From: Planctomycetia bacterium
GTDB taxonomy: Bacteria; Planctomycetota; JAJSAM01; JAJVHW01
Length of the DNA: 56,330 nt
Direction: 5' to 3'
Assembly (NCBI GenBank): GCA_031404455.1
Contig: JANNHP010000127.1
Location: 1 to 56,330, forward strand
Positions 1 through 11,100 of the stretch are shown here, piece by piece. The position numbers and the translations under genes were made by a program. Within the stretch, counting starts at the first letter, position 1; each line of letters opens with the position of its first letter. The notes below the pieces were generated by a model. It made no database searches, had not been told where the DNA came from, and saw only the letters and a program-made list of their open reading frames with translations.

Positions 1-722
1 AGCAAGATGGCCTCGACCTGCGCGACGCCCAATCCGGTCAGGGTGCTCGCCGGGAGCAGGATCATCGGGCGCAGCCACCCGATCGCGCTCGGCACTGCCA
101 CCAGCCCCGAACGCAGCAGCCTCACCGGCCGCGTGACGTTCATGCGGTGCGCTAAATGCGTGAGCCGCTCCTGCCAATCCGCGAGCGGCACGTTCAGCCT
201 CGAACAGCGAATCCGCGCCAGCCACCACCAGCCGCCGAGCAATCTCAGCGACAGCAGCGCGACCCCCACGCCCCACAGAACGACGAGCCACGTCAGGGCC
301 GCCCGCGACAGTTGCTCTCCGGAGGTTCGAAGCCCGAGGCCCGGTGTGCGTAGGGATCGAGCCGCGCGGGCCGCTCTCGGGTCCGGCGAGAGCATGCGCG
401 AGGCGGCGGAAGTCTGGGTGGCGCCCCGCATCGCCTGCTGCGCCGAGGCCACGGCATCGGACCGCGTCGGCGCGCTCGGCCCGGCCTGCTCCGCGCGGAT
501 CGTCGCGGCGCGCGTCAGGAACGTCGCGATCGGCGACGCCAGCAACACCACCAGCGCCACACACCCGGCGAGGTAACGTATCTGAGGCCGGCGGCGTGAC
601 CACAACGCATCGAGCATCGCGAGTGCGGCCGCGACCAGCGAGCCCTGCCAGACGAAATCGATCAGCGTCCATCCCAGGGTCTGGACGGTCGCGTCGTGGA
701 TCAAGAACTCGAAGGCATTCAT
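1..722 (-). CDS. M56-family (BlaR1-like) membrane metallopeptidase, N-terminal part; runs off the window start
   Basis: Not in the ORF track. My translation from ATG 722 (ATGA overlap with the blaI stop): MNAFEFLIHDATVQTLGWTLIDFVWQG...IRYLAGC...WLVVLWGVGVALLSLRLLGGW...RPVRLLRSGLVAVPSAIGWLRPMILLPASTLTGLGVAQVEAILL. This is the typical M56 region just before HExxH, and the gene is coupled to blaI. Confidence 0.88.
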   Translation of the reverse strand, partial: MNAFEFLIHDATVQTLGWTLIDFVWQGSLVAAALAMLDALWSRRRPQIRYLAGCVALVVLLASPIATFLTRAATIRAEQAGPSAPTRSDAVASAQQAMRGATQTSAASRMLSPDPRAARAARSLRTPGLGLRTSGEQLSRAALTWLVVLWGVGVALLSLRLLGGWWWLARIRCSRLNVPLADWQERLTHLAHRMNVTRPVRLLRSGLVAVPSAIGWLRPMILLPASTLTGLGVAQVEAIL

Positions 723-1117
723 GACTCGTCCTCTCCCGCTCGATCGAGCATGCGGCGGATCTCCCGCATCTCCTCGGGCGACGTGCGTCGCGTCGCGAGC
801 GCCTGCTGGATGAGCTGAGTGGCGGAGCCACCGAAGGCGCGCTCCACCAGATCGGTCACCAGCTGACGCTGAGTCTGTTCGCGTTTCACGGCCGAGCGAT
901 AGACGTGGCTACGCGCGCTCTCGTCCCGGTCCACCAGCCCCTTGCCCGCCATGATCTGCAGCAGCTTGAGGACCGTGGTGTAGCCCATGGTGCGGGTCGC
1001 GGTGAGGTGCTGCTGGACATCGCGCACCGAACTGGGGCCGAGCGTCCACAGCACGCCGAGGATCTCGAGTTCCGCCTGAGTCGGGCGCGGAAGGGACTTC
1101 GTCTGCTTGGGTCTCAT
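719..1117 (-). CDS. blaI: BlaI/MecI/CopY family transcriptional repressor
   Basis: PTQAELEILGVLWTLGPSSVRDV...GYTTVLKLLQIMAGKGLVDRD...HVY...LVERAFGGS. ATG 1117 is preferred over the TTG 1168 of the ORF track, which lies in the promoter. Confidence 0.92.
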   Translation of the reverse strand: MRPKQTKSLPRPTQAELEILGVLWTLGPSSVRDVQQHLTATRTMGYTTVLKLLQIMAGKGLVDRDESARSHVYRSAVKREQTQRQLVTDLVERAFGGSATQLIQQALATRRTSPEEMREIRRMLDRAGEDES

Positions 1118-1139
1118 GGGCTCTCCTATCGACGCGGGC

Positions 1140-1182
1140 AGAATGTACGAAGACGTTCGTAGTGTCAACGAAAATTTTCGTA
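1140..1182 (-). promoter_or_regulatory. blaI promoter with two palindromic operators
   Basis: Minus-strand TTGACA (1168-1163), 17 nt spacer, CATTCT (1145-1140). Palindromes TACGAA-GACG-TTCGTA (1146-1161) and AACGAAAATTTTCGTA (1167-1182), offset by 21 bp, flank the -35 box. Confidence 0.75.
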
Positions 1183-1224
1183 GGTCCTGGTGGACCGGAG
1201 GGTGGACCCACTATGTTCGGGTCC

Positions 1225-1305
1225 ATGATCCGCATCGCGACCTTCAACGTACTGTTCGGGCACCGGGAGACCGGCCCCAACTCGTGGTCCGAACGGCGGC
1301 CCCTC
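1225..1305 (+). pseudogene. N-terminal stub of an endonuclease/exonuclease/phosphatase (EEP) family gene
   Basis: MIRIATFNVLFGHRETGPNSWSERRPL matches the EEP N-terminal motif (R-x-A-T-F-N...N-x-W-x-x-R). It is preceded by TATGTT-N7-ATG. After ~1305 the frame is just ubiD antisense. Confidence 0.6.
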
Positions 1306-2430
1306 TCCCAGGATGCGGAAGCCCGAGACGACGGCCTCGCGCGGGTAGCGGTCCTTCACGACCGCCGCGGCGAGGCAGTGGAAGCCCGTCTCTCCGTACG
1401 TCATCAGCCGGCGCACGCTGGGCATCACGAGCGGGAAGAGCGGCGAGAGCAGCGACTGCAGGTAGTCGCCGATCTCGAAGTCCTCCTGGCGCGGGCGGCC
1501 GACGACGGTCGCGGGGAAGATCGCGTCCTTGCGCCGGAACATCTTCGTGGCGCGGAACACCGGGAAGTCCTCGGCGAAGCTGTTGTAGCCGTAGTGGTCG
1601 CCGAACGGCCCCTCGCGGCGCCGCACGCCCGCGAGCACCTCGCCCTCTATGGCGAACTCGCACTCGGCGACGAGCGGGTGCGGCCCCTTCCCCGTCACGC
1701 GCGGCAGGCGCTCGCCGAGGACGAGACTCGCAAGCAGGATCTCGGGCACGTCCTCGGGCAGCGGCGCGATCGCCGCGAGGATCAGCGCCGGCGGCCCGCC
1801 GAGGAACACCGTGGCCGGGAGGTTCCGTCCCGCCTTCTCGGCCGCGTGGAAGTGGAAGCCGCCGCCCTTGCCGATCTGGAAGTGCATGCCCGCCTCGGCG
1901 GGGCCGTGGATCTGCATGCGGTACATGCCGAGGTTCGGCTTCCCGGACTCGGGACTTTCGGTGTGGACGAGCGGCAGCGTCAGGAAGGGGCCGCCGTCGG
2001 AGTGCCATCCGGTGAGGGCGGGGAGACGGTCGAGACGCGGTTCCTCGACGACCTCGCACACCGGCCCGTCGTCGACGCTCTTCGTGCCGACCTTCAACCC
2101 TTCGAGCGCGAGATCGCGGTAGCTCCACAGCTTCCCGAGCGTCGGCGGCACGATCTTCTCGGCCGCCTCCACGAGTCGTTCGACGAACTCCCGCGGCCGC
2201 GAGCCGAACGCAAGGTCCACGCGCGCCTTCGTGCCGAAGAGGTTCGTCACGACCGGGAACGCGGCGCCCGCCGGGTCGCGGAAGAGGAGTGCCGGTCCGC
2301 CGCGCGCGATCACGCGGCGGTGGATCTCCGGGATCTCGAGCCGCGGATCGGTGCGGACCGTGATCTCGGCGAGTTCGCCGCGCGCGCGCAGCAGGTCGAG
2401 GTACTGCCGGAGGTTCCGGATCGGCTTCAC
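1300..2430 (-). pseudogene. ubiD: UbiD-family (prFMN-dependent) decarboxylase, C-terminally truncated; the ORF reads through to 1165
   Basis: GTG 2430: KPIRNLRQYLDLL..GEL..I...DPRLEIPEIHRRV..GGPALLF, NLGMYRMQ, EGPFGDHYGY, ATVVGRPRQED. Family-like sequence ends at FRILGEG (~1300) and is followed by an unrelated tail. Confidence 0.8.
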
Positions 2431-2455
2431 GCCGGGAGTGTAGGACGGCGGCCGG

Positions 2456-3238
2456 TCACTTCGGCCAGATGGCGACGGGCACGGTGAAGTCGAGCGGCGT
2501 GTTCGGCCATCTGAAGCGCGCGCGCGCGCGGCGGCAGTCGCCGTTCTGGACGACACCCTCGACGTGGACCGTGCCCGGGATCTCCCAGAGTTCGAGGCCC
2601 GCGGCCGACGCGGCGTTCATCGTCGCGAACCCGCCGAACCCGCTGCTCACGCAGTACGTCGCAAGCGCACCGCCGCCCGCGCCCGGCGCGCCGACCTCGG
2701 GCCGGACGTACATGCGCGTGTCGGCGCCGGTCACAGCGAGCTCGGTCAGCCGGTCTCCCTGCCGCCACATGACCGACGGTCTCGTGGGGCTCAGATTCAT
2801 CGCCACATCGTCCCGCTCGAGCAGCGCCATGAAGTGCGTGCCGAGCACGTGCGGCAGTTCGCATCCGCCGAGCGGCCAGTCGACGTCGCCCTCCTCGCCG
2901 ATCTGGAAGACGAATCGCTGCTTCGCCGCCGGGTTGACGGCGACGGCGGCGGTGACCGCCTCGTCCATCGTCGCGGCGGGAACGATCGCCTGACCGTTCG
3001 ACGGGACGATCCTGCCGCCCGCGACACAGAGCCAGCCCCCGCGGCGCGTCGCAGCGAGCCTCGCCTGCTCCGGCACGTAGAGAAACCGGTAGGCGGCCAG
3101 ATTCGACGCCCGTTCGCTCTCCGCGGTCGGCCCGGCGGCCGCGACTCCGGCGAATTCCGGCGGGACCGGCTGCGGCCTCGAACTGCTGCAGGCAGCAGCG
3201 AGAAACAGGGTCGCGAACGTGATCGGCATCAGCCGCAT
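2456..3238 (-). CDS. Hypothetical lipoprotein (possible DUF5678-like plus degenerate retropepsin-like parts)
   Basis: Real start is inside the ORF: MRLMPITFATLFLAAACSSSRP with lipobox LAAAC; GGAGG upstream. Confidence 0.65.
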   Translation of the reverse strand: MRLMPITFATLFLAAACSSSRPQPVPPEFAGVAAAGPTAESERASNLAAYRFLYVPEQARLAATRRGGWLCVAGGRIVPSNGQAIVPAATMDEAVTAAVAVNPAAKQRFVFQIGEEGDVDWPLGGCELPHVLGTHFMALLERDDVAMNLSPTRPSVMWRQGDRLTELAVTGADTRMYVRPEVGAPGAGGGALATYCVSSGFGGFATMNAASAAGLELWEIPGTVHVEGVVQNGDCRRARARFRWPNTPLDFTVPVAIWPK

Positions 3239-3310
3239 GGGGGGTCCTCCCGCAACCATCCTACCGGCCGTGTTTGCGGGACACGCCGCGCTTGGCCGAT
3301 AATCCCCTCC

Positions 3311-4351
3311 GTGAGCGGTCAGATCGTCTGCGGCGTCTGCGGCACCGTGAATGTCGGTGTCTTCACGCGATGCATCGCGTGCGGGCAGGACCTCGGCAGG
3401 GCCGCGGGCGCCGAGCCCGACGAGCCGGCGCACGCGCGCGAAGACGAGGACATGCCCATCTCGCAGGAGCGCGAGGTCACGGGTCCCGTCTCCGTCCCGA
3501 AGCCGAAGTCGGGCGGCAGCAGGGCCCGTTCGAGCCAGGCGCGGCAGGCGGCGCTCGAGCTGGAATCGGCCTCCTTCCGGCAGACGATCGTCGAGATCCC
3601 CACCGGACCCGCCACCGCGGCGATCCGCGGCGAGAAGGCGGGAGAGAACGTCGTCAAGAAGGTGCGCGCCTCGCGCAGCATGGAGACGGGTCCCGCGGCG
3701 TCGACGCCCGAGCCGAAGTCCAAGGGACGGTACGTCGCGCGCCTGCTCCTGCCCGAGGGCGACCGTCGCAGCGTGGAGATCGCCGCGCGTCCGGTCGTGA
3801 TCGGGTCGGGGCTCGACCAGCTCGGGCTCGCGGGAGACCCGAAGATCGGCTCCGCGGAGGCGCGGCTCTTCATCGAGGACGGCCGCCTCTTCGTCGAGCC
3901 CGCGCCCGACGCGCTGAACGTCTACCGCCGCATCGACCGCGAGGTGAAGCTGCGAGAGGGCGACGTCCTGCTCGTCGGCGACATCGCCGCCACCTTCACC
4001 GAGACGGTCATGCCGGGAGCCGTGGACGGGACGCGCCAGATCCTCGGCGGGAGCGCGAATGCGCCGTGCGGGCGGCTCGTGTTCCTTCGCCGCGACGGAA
4101 CTCCCGGTCCCGTCCACGACCTCCCCGCCGGGAAAACGGTGCTCGGCCGCACCGACGGCCACCTGAACTTCCCCCACGACTCGCGCCTCTCGAGGCGTCA
4201 CGCGCTGCTCTTCGCGTCCGACCAGGGCGTCACGCTGGAGGACATGGACAGCAGGAACGGCACGTACCTCCGCGTGCGCGAGAAGCACGAACTCCACGCC
4301 GAGGACGCCCTGCGCGTCGGCTCCGCCGGTCTGCAGATCCGCGCGAAGTAG
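3311..4351 (+). CDS. Zinc-ribbon plus two FHA domain protein
   Basis: GTG 3311; CGVC...CIAC ribbon; degenerate FHA (VVIGSG...IGSAEARL...LREGDVLLVG); canonical FHA (VLGRTD...DSRLSRRHA...DMDSRNGTYL). Confidence 0.85.
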   Translation: MSGQIVCGVCGTVNVGVFTRCIACGQDLGRAAGAEPDEPAHAREDEDMPISQEREVTGPVSVPKPKSGGSRARSSQARQAALELESASFRQTIVEIPTGPATAAIRGEKAGENVVKKVRASRSMETGPAASTPEPKSKGRYVARLLLPEGDRRSVEIAARPVVIGSGLDQLGLAGDPKIGSAEARLFIEDGRLFVEPAPDALNVYRRIDREVKLREGDVLLVGDIAATFTETVMPGAVDGTRQILGGSANAPCGRLVFLRRDGTPGPVHDLPAGKTVLGRTDGHLNFPHDSRLSRRHALLFASDQGVTLEDMDSRNGTYLRVREKHELHAEDALRVGSAGLQIRAK

Positions 4352-4457
4352 CGATCTCGACCGCCGCCCTTGCGCCGCGCGCAGCGCCGCGCTAGAAACG
4401 ATGCGCCGCCGGTCAAGGGGCACGACCGGCAGGGCGCGGACGGGAGGACGAACGACG

Positions 4458-6251
4458 ATGCAGTCGCGGCCGTCTGGGTTCAGGGCGTTCTTGGTGCTCG
4501 CGGCGACAGGAGCCGGCGCCGCGGTCGTGTCGCTCTTGCCGGTGCCGCCTGCCGAGGCGATCGGACAGCCGCTGACGTCGTCCGAGGTCTCGCAACTCGT
4601 CTCGCGGTGCGTCGCGTACAGCAGGCGCGCGTCCGGACGGCCGGACCTCGCCATCGCCGTCGTCGATCCGGAGGGCAACTCGCTCGGCGTGTTCCGCATG
4701 AACGGGCTCGACGCCTCGGTCACCGACAACGCCGTAGCCGCGGCGCTCGCGAAGGCCGGCACGGGCTCGTACTTCTCGAGCGACGAGCAGACGTTCAGCA
4801 CGCGCACCGCGGCCTTCATCATCCAGGACCACTTCCCGCCCGGCGTCCGCTTCATGCCGGGGGGTCCGCTCTACGGGGTGGAGTTCTCGTCCATCGCCAC
4901 GAGCGACGTGAACCGCATCTTCTTCCCGCCGTTCCCAGCGCCGCGCGCACTCGGCGAGATCGAGACGCGCGTGCGCGGCGACCTCGGCGGGATCGGCATC
5001 TACAAGAACGGCAAGCGCGTGGGCGGCCTCGGCATCGACGACGGCGACACGGGCAGGCGCATCAGCATCCCCACACGGGTGTTCCCGGGTTCCGACTGCA
5101 CCGACGACTACCGCCTGACGTTCCGCAACCAGGAGCGCGGCCGAGCGCTCGAGGAGATCGTCCTCGCGGCGGCTCGCGGTCGCCTCGCACCCCGGCCGAT
5201 CCGCTCGGACAAGATCCTCGTCGGCGGGATCCGGCTCCCCTACACGCGCGGTTCGTCGCTCGACCCGGTGGACGCGCCTGCCGTGACCGGCGCCGACGGC
5301 ACGTGGGACCCCGACTTCCCGCTGCGCGACGCGGCGCCGATCCCCTCACGGTTCGCCGACTTCACGCTCGACCCGCCGGCGGCTGCGCCGAACGGCGCGA
5401 AGAGCTTCGAGGGACAGGTCCCGCTCGCGTTCCCGATCCGCGACTCGACCGACGGCGGTCTCTCGGCCGCGGACGTCCAGCGCATCCTCTGGCAGGGCGC
5501 CCAGCGCGCGGACATCACGCGCGGGGCGATCCGGCGGCCGATCGGCGTCGCGATGCAGTGCTGGATCTCGGTGGTCGACACCAAGGGCGAGGTGCTCGGC
5601 GCCTTCCGGATGGCGAAGGACACGACGCTCTTCAGCTACGACGTGTCCGTTCAGAAGGCGCGCACGGCAATGTTCTTCTCCGACGGGAAGGCGGCCCTCT
5701 CGTGCCGCGCGGTCGGCCTCTTCTCGCAGGGCTTCTACCCGGCGGGCCAGCAGGGCGCGGGCCGCGGTCCGCTCTTCCAGTTGCAGGACGGCCTGACCGT
5801 CGCGCTGCTCGGCGGCGTGTTCGGCGACCTCGGCGCGTCGACGAGCGACCTCGCGAAGATCCGGAACGGGATCACGATCTTCCCCGGCGGCGTGCCGCTC
5901 TACCGCGACGGCGTGCTCATCGGCGGCGTGGGTGTGTCGGGAGACGGCGTCGACCAGGACGACATCGTCGCCGACTTCGCCTCGCGCCAGTACGGCGCGC
6001 CCGGTCCCATCCGCGCCGACGCCCTGAGCGGCGGCGAGCTGAAGGCCGCGTTCCGCCGCGCGCTCGCGCGGCTGGCCGACGCCGCGCCGCCGGATCCGGG
6101 GGTGTGCGACACGGTCCCGAACAAAGTGCTCTCGTTCTTCCACGCGCGCCTCAGAGACGCCAAGGTCACGCTCGATCGCACCGAACTCGAGGTCGAGACG
6201 TCGTACGTCAAGCACCCCCGACATCCGGGCCCGGTGACGATCCGTCGATGA
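4458..6251 (+). CDS. Exported heme-binding protein with two GlcG/HbpS-like domains
   Basis: Signal peptide; IAVVDPEGNSLGVFRM...ALAKAGT and ISVVDTKGEVLGAFRM...SVQKARTA...FPGGVPLYRDGVLIGGVGVSGDGVDQDD; GGAGG RBS. Confidence 0.82.
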   Translation: MQSRPSGFRAFLVLAATGAGAAVVSLLPVPPAEAIGQPLTSSEVSQLVSRCVAYSRRASGRPDLAIAVVDPEGNSLGVFRMNGLDASVTDNAVAAALAKAGTGSYFSSDEQTFSTRTAAFIIQDHFPPGVRFMPGGPLYGVEFSSIATSDVNRIFFPPFPAPRALGEIETRVRGDLGGIGIYKNGKRVGGLGIDDGDTGRRISIPTRVFPGSDCTDDYRLTFRNQERGRALEEIVLAAARGRLAPRPIRSDKILVGGIRLPYTRGSSLDPVDAPAVTGADGTWDPDFPLRDAAPIPSRFADFTLDPPAAAPNGAKSFEGQVPLAFPIRDSTDGGLSAADVQRILWQGAQRADITRGAIRRPIGVAMQCWISVVDTKGEVLGAFRMAKDTTLFSYDVSVQKARTAMFFSDGKAALSCRAVGLFSQGFYPAGQQGAGRGPLFQLQDGLTVALLGGVFGDLGASTSDLAKIRNGITIFPGGVPLYRDGVLIGGVGVSGDGVDQDDIVADFASRQYGAPGPIRADALSGGELKAAFRRALARLADAAPPDPGVCDTVPNKVLSFFHARLRDAKVTLDRTELEVETSYVKHPRHPGPVTIRR

Positions 6252-8119
6252 GGAACGCCGACCGCCGCGCGCCCAAGCTCGTGCCCACTGTCGCGACCGT
6301 CCTCGTGACCGTGGCGATCTGCGGTTGCAAGGTGCAGCCCGTGGCCGACAACGCCATCGGTCCGCAGCAGGACCTCCGGGACGACGTCTCCGGCCGCGCT
6401 CCAGGCGGACCCGCCGAGAAGGCCGAGATCAAGTACCTGCCGCTCGGTTACGCGGCCGACGAGTCCGCGGCGCCGGGCGTGAAGCGTGCGGACCGTTACG
6501 AGGACGAGATCCCCGTGACCGACCGCTGGCGGATCGGGTTCCCCGCGTGGGAACGCGGGAGCAAGAGCGACTCTCCGTGGGACAAGGGCGCGCCGCTCGA
6601 TCCGTACCACCAGAACTTCTGGAAGGGCGACTACCCGATCCCCGGCACGCAGAACTGGTTCGTGAACGCCGAGTTCCAGTCGATCACGAAGCTCGAGTCG
6701 AAGAAGCTGCCCGTCCCCTCGGGCGTGTTCACGCGCAGTTCCGGCAAGGACGAGTTCTTCGGCAACGGCCACATCCGCACCGCCGAGGAGGTGGGCATCG
6801 TCTCCCTCGACATCACGCACGGCGAGACGTCGTTCAAGCCCGTGGACTTCCGCGTGTTCGTGAAGGGCGCCTTCTCGGCCAACTGGGCCGAGGCGAACGA
6901 GAACACGGTGCTCTACGCCGACCCGATGAGGGGTGCGACGCGGACCGACCGCCACGGAGCGCTCCAGCAGGCGTTCGTCGAGACGACGCTCGCGTCGGTC
7001 AGCGACAGGTACGACGTCGTCCAGCTCCGCGCCGGCACGCAGAAGTTCAACTCGGACTTCCGCGGCTTCATCTTCGAGGACGAGGCGCCCGGCGTGCGTG
7101 TCTTCGGCAACCTCGACGACAACCGCTGGCAGTGGAACCTCGCGTGGTTCGACCGTCTGGAGAAGGACACGAACAGCGGACTCAACACCTTCGACACGAT
7201 CGGCCAGCAGGTGCTCATTGCGAACCTCTACCGGCAGGACGCGCTGACCCTCGTCACTCCGCGGTGGAAGGAGACGACCTGGAACCAGGGCCTCACCTCG
7301 CAGCTCTCCTTCCACTACCTCAATTCCGATCCTTCGGTCCACTACGACGTGAACGACTTCCTCGTCCGCCCGCGTCTCATCGGGTCGCCCGAGCCGAACC
7401 AGGCCTCCGTGAGCTGGCTCGGCTGGTCGAACGACGGCCACATCGGGCGCGTCAACGTCAACGTCACGTCGTCCCTCTACGGCGCGTGGGGCGACCAGAG
7501 CTACGACGAGGTGGCCGGCCGCCGCCAGTCGGTCCGCGCGTCGCTCGCGGCGCTCGAGCTCTCGTACGACATCGACTGGATGCGCTTCCGGGTGCAGGGC
7601 CTCTGGCAGAGCGGCGACGACGACCCCGACGACGGCACCGCTGAGGGTTTCGACGGCATCTACGACAACGAGAACTTCGCGGGCGGCGAGTTCGGCTTCT
7701 GGAACCGCAACGCCATCGGGCTCTCGAGCACCGGCGTCGGTCTCGTGCAGGGCGGCAGCCTCTACAACACGCTGCGCAGCTCGAAGAACGAGGGGAGCCC
7801 GAGCTTCGTCAACCCCGGCCTCATCCTCCTCGGCGGCGGATGGGACGCGCAGCTCACGCCGCATCTCAAGCTCGTGACGAACGCGTCGTACCTGATGTTC
7901 GACAACACGTCGTCGCTCGAGTACGTGCTCGGCCAGGGCCGCATCGCCAAGGACATCGGCACCGACCTCTCCATCGGCGTCGTGTGGCGTCCGCTCCTGA
8001 CCGAGAACGTCATCGTCAAGGCAGGCGTCTCGTCCCTCATTCCCGGCGAGGGCTTCCGCGACATCTACGGCGCGGCCACGCTCTACGCCGTTTTCTCCGA
8101 GTTGATCCTCACATGGTGA
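6248..8119 (+). CDS. Predicted outer-membrane beta-barrel lipoprotein (uncharacterised)
   Basis: ATGA overlap with the upstream gene; signal ending AICGC; many amphipathic aromatic strands ([35 protein letters not shown]); C-terminal SELILTW. Confidence 0.75.
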   Translation: MRNADRRAPKLVPTVATVLVTVAICGCKVQPVADNAIGPQQDLRDDVSGRAPGGPAEKAEIKYLPLGYAADESAAPGVKRADRYEDEIPVTDRWRIGFPAWERGSKSDSPWDKGAPLDPYHQNFWKGDYPIPGTQNWFVNAEFQSITKLESKKLPVPSGVFTRSSGKDEFFGNGHIRTAEEVGIVSLDITHGETSFKPVDFRVFVKGAFSANWAEANENTVLYADPMRGATRTDRHGALQQAFVETTLASVSDRYDVVQLRAGTQKFNSDFRGFIFEDEAPGVRVFGNLDDNRWQWNLAWFDRLEKDTNSGLNTFDTIGQQVLIANLYRQDALTLVTPRWKETTWNQGLTSQLSFHYLNSDPSVHYDVNDFLVRPRLIGSPEPNQASVSWLGWSNDGHIGRVNVNVTSSLYGAWGDQSYDEVAGRRQSVRASLAALELSYDIDWMRFRVQGLWQSGDDDPDDGTAEGFDGIYDNENFAGGEFGFWNRNAIGLSSTGVGLVQGGSLYNTLRSSKNEGSPSFVNPGLILLGGGWDAQLTPHLKLVTNASYLMFDNTSSLEYVLGQGRIAKDIGTDLSIGVVWRPLLTENVIVKAGVSSLIPGEGFRDIYGAATLYAVFSELILTW

Positions 8120-11100
8120 AACGAGCCGTCGTCCTCGCTCTCTCCTCGCTCGCCGTCGCAGCACTGGTCGCCGCGTGCGCGCAGGCGGTGCCGACGGATT
8201 CCGCCGCACCGCCTCCCGGCTCGGTCTGGAAGAGCCACGCCGCGAACGAGTCTCCCGCGGTGGAATCGCTCATGGCGCAGACGCAGGCGGCGGCGTTCGC
8301 GAAGAGCAAGGGCTGCCTCACCTGCCACCAGGGCATCGAGAAGGAGCACGCGTCCGCCACCGTCGCCATCGGCTGCGTGGACTGCCACGGCGGCGACGCC
8401 GACGCGACCGCGAAGGAGCGGGCGCACGTGCTCCCCGCCGATCCGTCGATCGACGACACGTACGTCATGGACTGGCTCGACCACTCCTTCGAGTACGTGC
8501 GCTTCGTCAACCCGGGCGACCTGCGCGTCGTCGACACGACCTGCGGCGTCTGCCACCCGAACGAGGCCTACGCGACCAAGAAGAGCATGATGGCGCACGG
8601 CGCGATGCTCTGGGGCGCCGCCCTCTACAACAACGGCAGCTTCCCCATCAAGCGCCCGCAGTTCGGCGAGGCGTACGACGCCTACGGCCGCGCGGTGCGC
8701 GTCCAGACCGTGCCGCCGCCGACCGACGCGGACATCAAGCGCGGCGTCGTCCCGTACATGGATCCGCTGCCCCGCTACAACGTCTCGCAGATGGGCAACG
8801 TCCTGCGCACGTTCGAGCGCGGGGGCAAGCGCCCGCTCGAGCTCGGCAACCCGGACAAGGACGAGGACCCGGGTCTTCCCGCGCGGCGCCTCTCGCACCG
8901 CGGCCTCGGCACGCTCTTGCGCACCGACCCGGTCTTCCTCGGCCTGCAGAAGACGCGGCTCCTCGATCCGCTCCTCTGGATGCCCGGCTCGAACGACCAC
9001 CCAGGCGACTACCGCGCGAGCGGCTGCACGGCCTGCCACATGATCTACGCGAACGACCGCGATCCCGTCCACTCGGGGAGCTACGCGCAGTTCGGCAACC
9101 GCGGACGGTCGCGCTCCGGCGACCCGACGATCCCGAAGAACGAGGACGGCCACCCGATCAAGCACGAGCTGACACGCGCGATCCCGTCGTCCCAGTGCAT
9201 CGTCTGCCACATGCACCCGGGCACGAACATGGTCACCACGTACTACGGCGACATCTGGTACGACAACGAGACCGACTCGAACCTTCTCTTCGACGGGAAG
9301 GACCGGACGGACGCGGAGCGTCACGACATCCAGCAGGCGAACCCCGAGGGCTCGGCGCTGCGCGGCAAGTGGAGCGATCCGGACTTCCTCGCGGAGGTCT
9401 CGACGCTGAACCCGCAGATGAAGAACGCCCAGCTCTCCGACTACCACGGGCACGGCTGGCTCTACCGAAAGGTCTACAAGAAGGACAGGAAGGGCAACCT
9501 CCTCGACGCCGACGACAAGATCGTGGCGGCGGACGACCCGAAGAAGTTCGAGAAGGCCGTGCATCTCGCGGACATCCACGCGGAGCGCGGCATGCACTGC
9601 GTCGACTGCCACTTCACGCAGGACGCCCACGGCGACGGCCGCCTCTACCAGGAGCCGCGCGCCGCGACCGAGATCATGTGCATCGACTGCCACGGCACGG
9701 CCGGGAAGAAGGCCACCCTCGTGACGAGCGGCAACGCGGGCGGCAACGACCTCGCCGAGTCGAGGACGCCGTTCGGCAAGCGCTTCTTCCGCCGCGGCGG
9801 CGTGCTCTACCAGCGCTCCCAGCTCGACAAGGACGTCGTCTGGGCCGTGCCCGAGATCGTGGACTCGATCGACCCCGTGAATGCAGGCAGGAAGTTCGGC
9901 GGCGAGGGCATCCGCGAGCGGCCCGTCTACAACGAGAAGGCGCGCTACGCGAAGACGATGCACAAGGACGGCGCGACGTGGGGCAAAGTCCCGGCGGACC
10001 ACGCGGATCTCGCGCACGACCCGGGCAAGATGACGTGCCAGTCCTGCCACACCTCGTGGACGACCGCGTGCTTCGGCTGCCACCTGCCGATGTCGGCCAA
10101 CAACCGCAAGGAGATCCGCCACTTCGAGGGCGGCGTCTCGCGCAACTGGACGCAGTACAACTACCAGGTGCTTCGCGACGACGCGTACATGCTGGGAATC
10201 GACGGCTCGGTCACCGGCAACAGGATCAGTCCCGTCCGCTCCGCGTGCGCGGTCCTCGTCGGCTCGCAGAACCAGAACCGCGAGTGGCTCTACTCGCAGC
10301 AGCAGACGATCAGCGCCGAAGGCTTCTCGGGCCAGGCGTTCTCGACGTACGTGCCGCACACCGTCCGCACGCGCGAGACCAAGCAGTGCACCGATTGCCA
10401 CCTCTCGGAGTCGAACGACAACAACGCGTGGATGGCGCAACTCCTCCTCCACGGCACGAACTACGTCAATTTCATGGGCCGCTACGTGTACGTCGCCACC
10501 GGCGATGCGGGCTTCGAGGCCATCGCCGTGACCGAGCGCGAGGAGCCGCAGGCCGTGTACGGCTCGACGCTCCAGCGCGACGCCTTCCCCGATCGCCACA
10601 AGAAGTTCGTCGAGGGCGGACGCGCGCTCACCGAGGCGTACCACCACGGCGGCAAGGAGGCGCGCTCGCTCCAGCTCCGCGGCGAGTACTGCTACGTCGC
10701 CGAGGGCAAGGGCGGCCTCTACGTGTACGACGTGTCGAACGTCGACAACAAGGGCTTCAGCGAGCGGCTCACGACATCGCTCGTCTCGCCGCTCGGGCAG
10801 CGCTTCTACGTCAAGACGAAGGACGCGCGCGCCGTCGCGAGCCCGACGACGCTCGGCGTCGATCCGACGCGCCCGCAGCGACCCGAGAACGAGGAGCAGT
10901 CGATCCACCCGCTCTTCGCCTACCTCTACGTGGCCGACCGCGAGGAGGGCCTCGTCATGGTCCTCGCGGCGACGCTCCTCGACGGCGACCCGGCGAACAA
11001 CTTCCTCGACCGGACAATGGTCTTCAACCCCGATCACGTCCTCGACGGCGCCGAGACCGTCACCGTCGCGGGCAACTACGTCTACATGGGGACGAAGAAG

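Noticed and set aside
7450-7467. GTCAAC micro-duplication giving VNVNVT in the barrel gene
   Set aside because: It is in-frame and adds two residues; no evidence of function.
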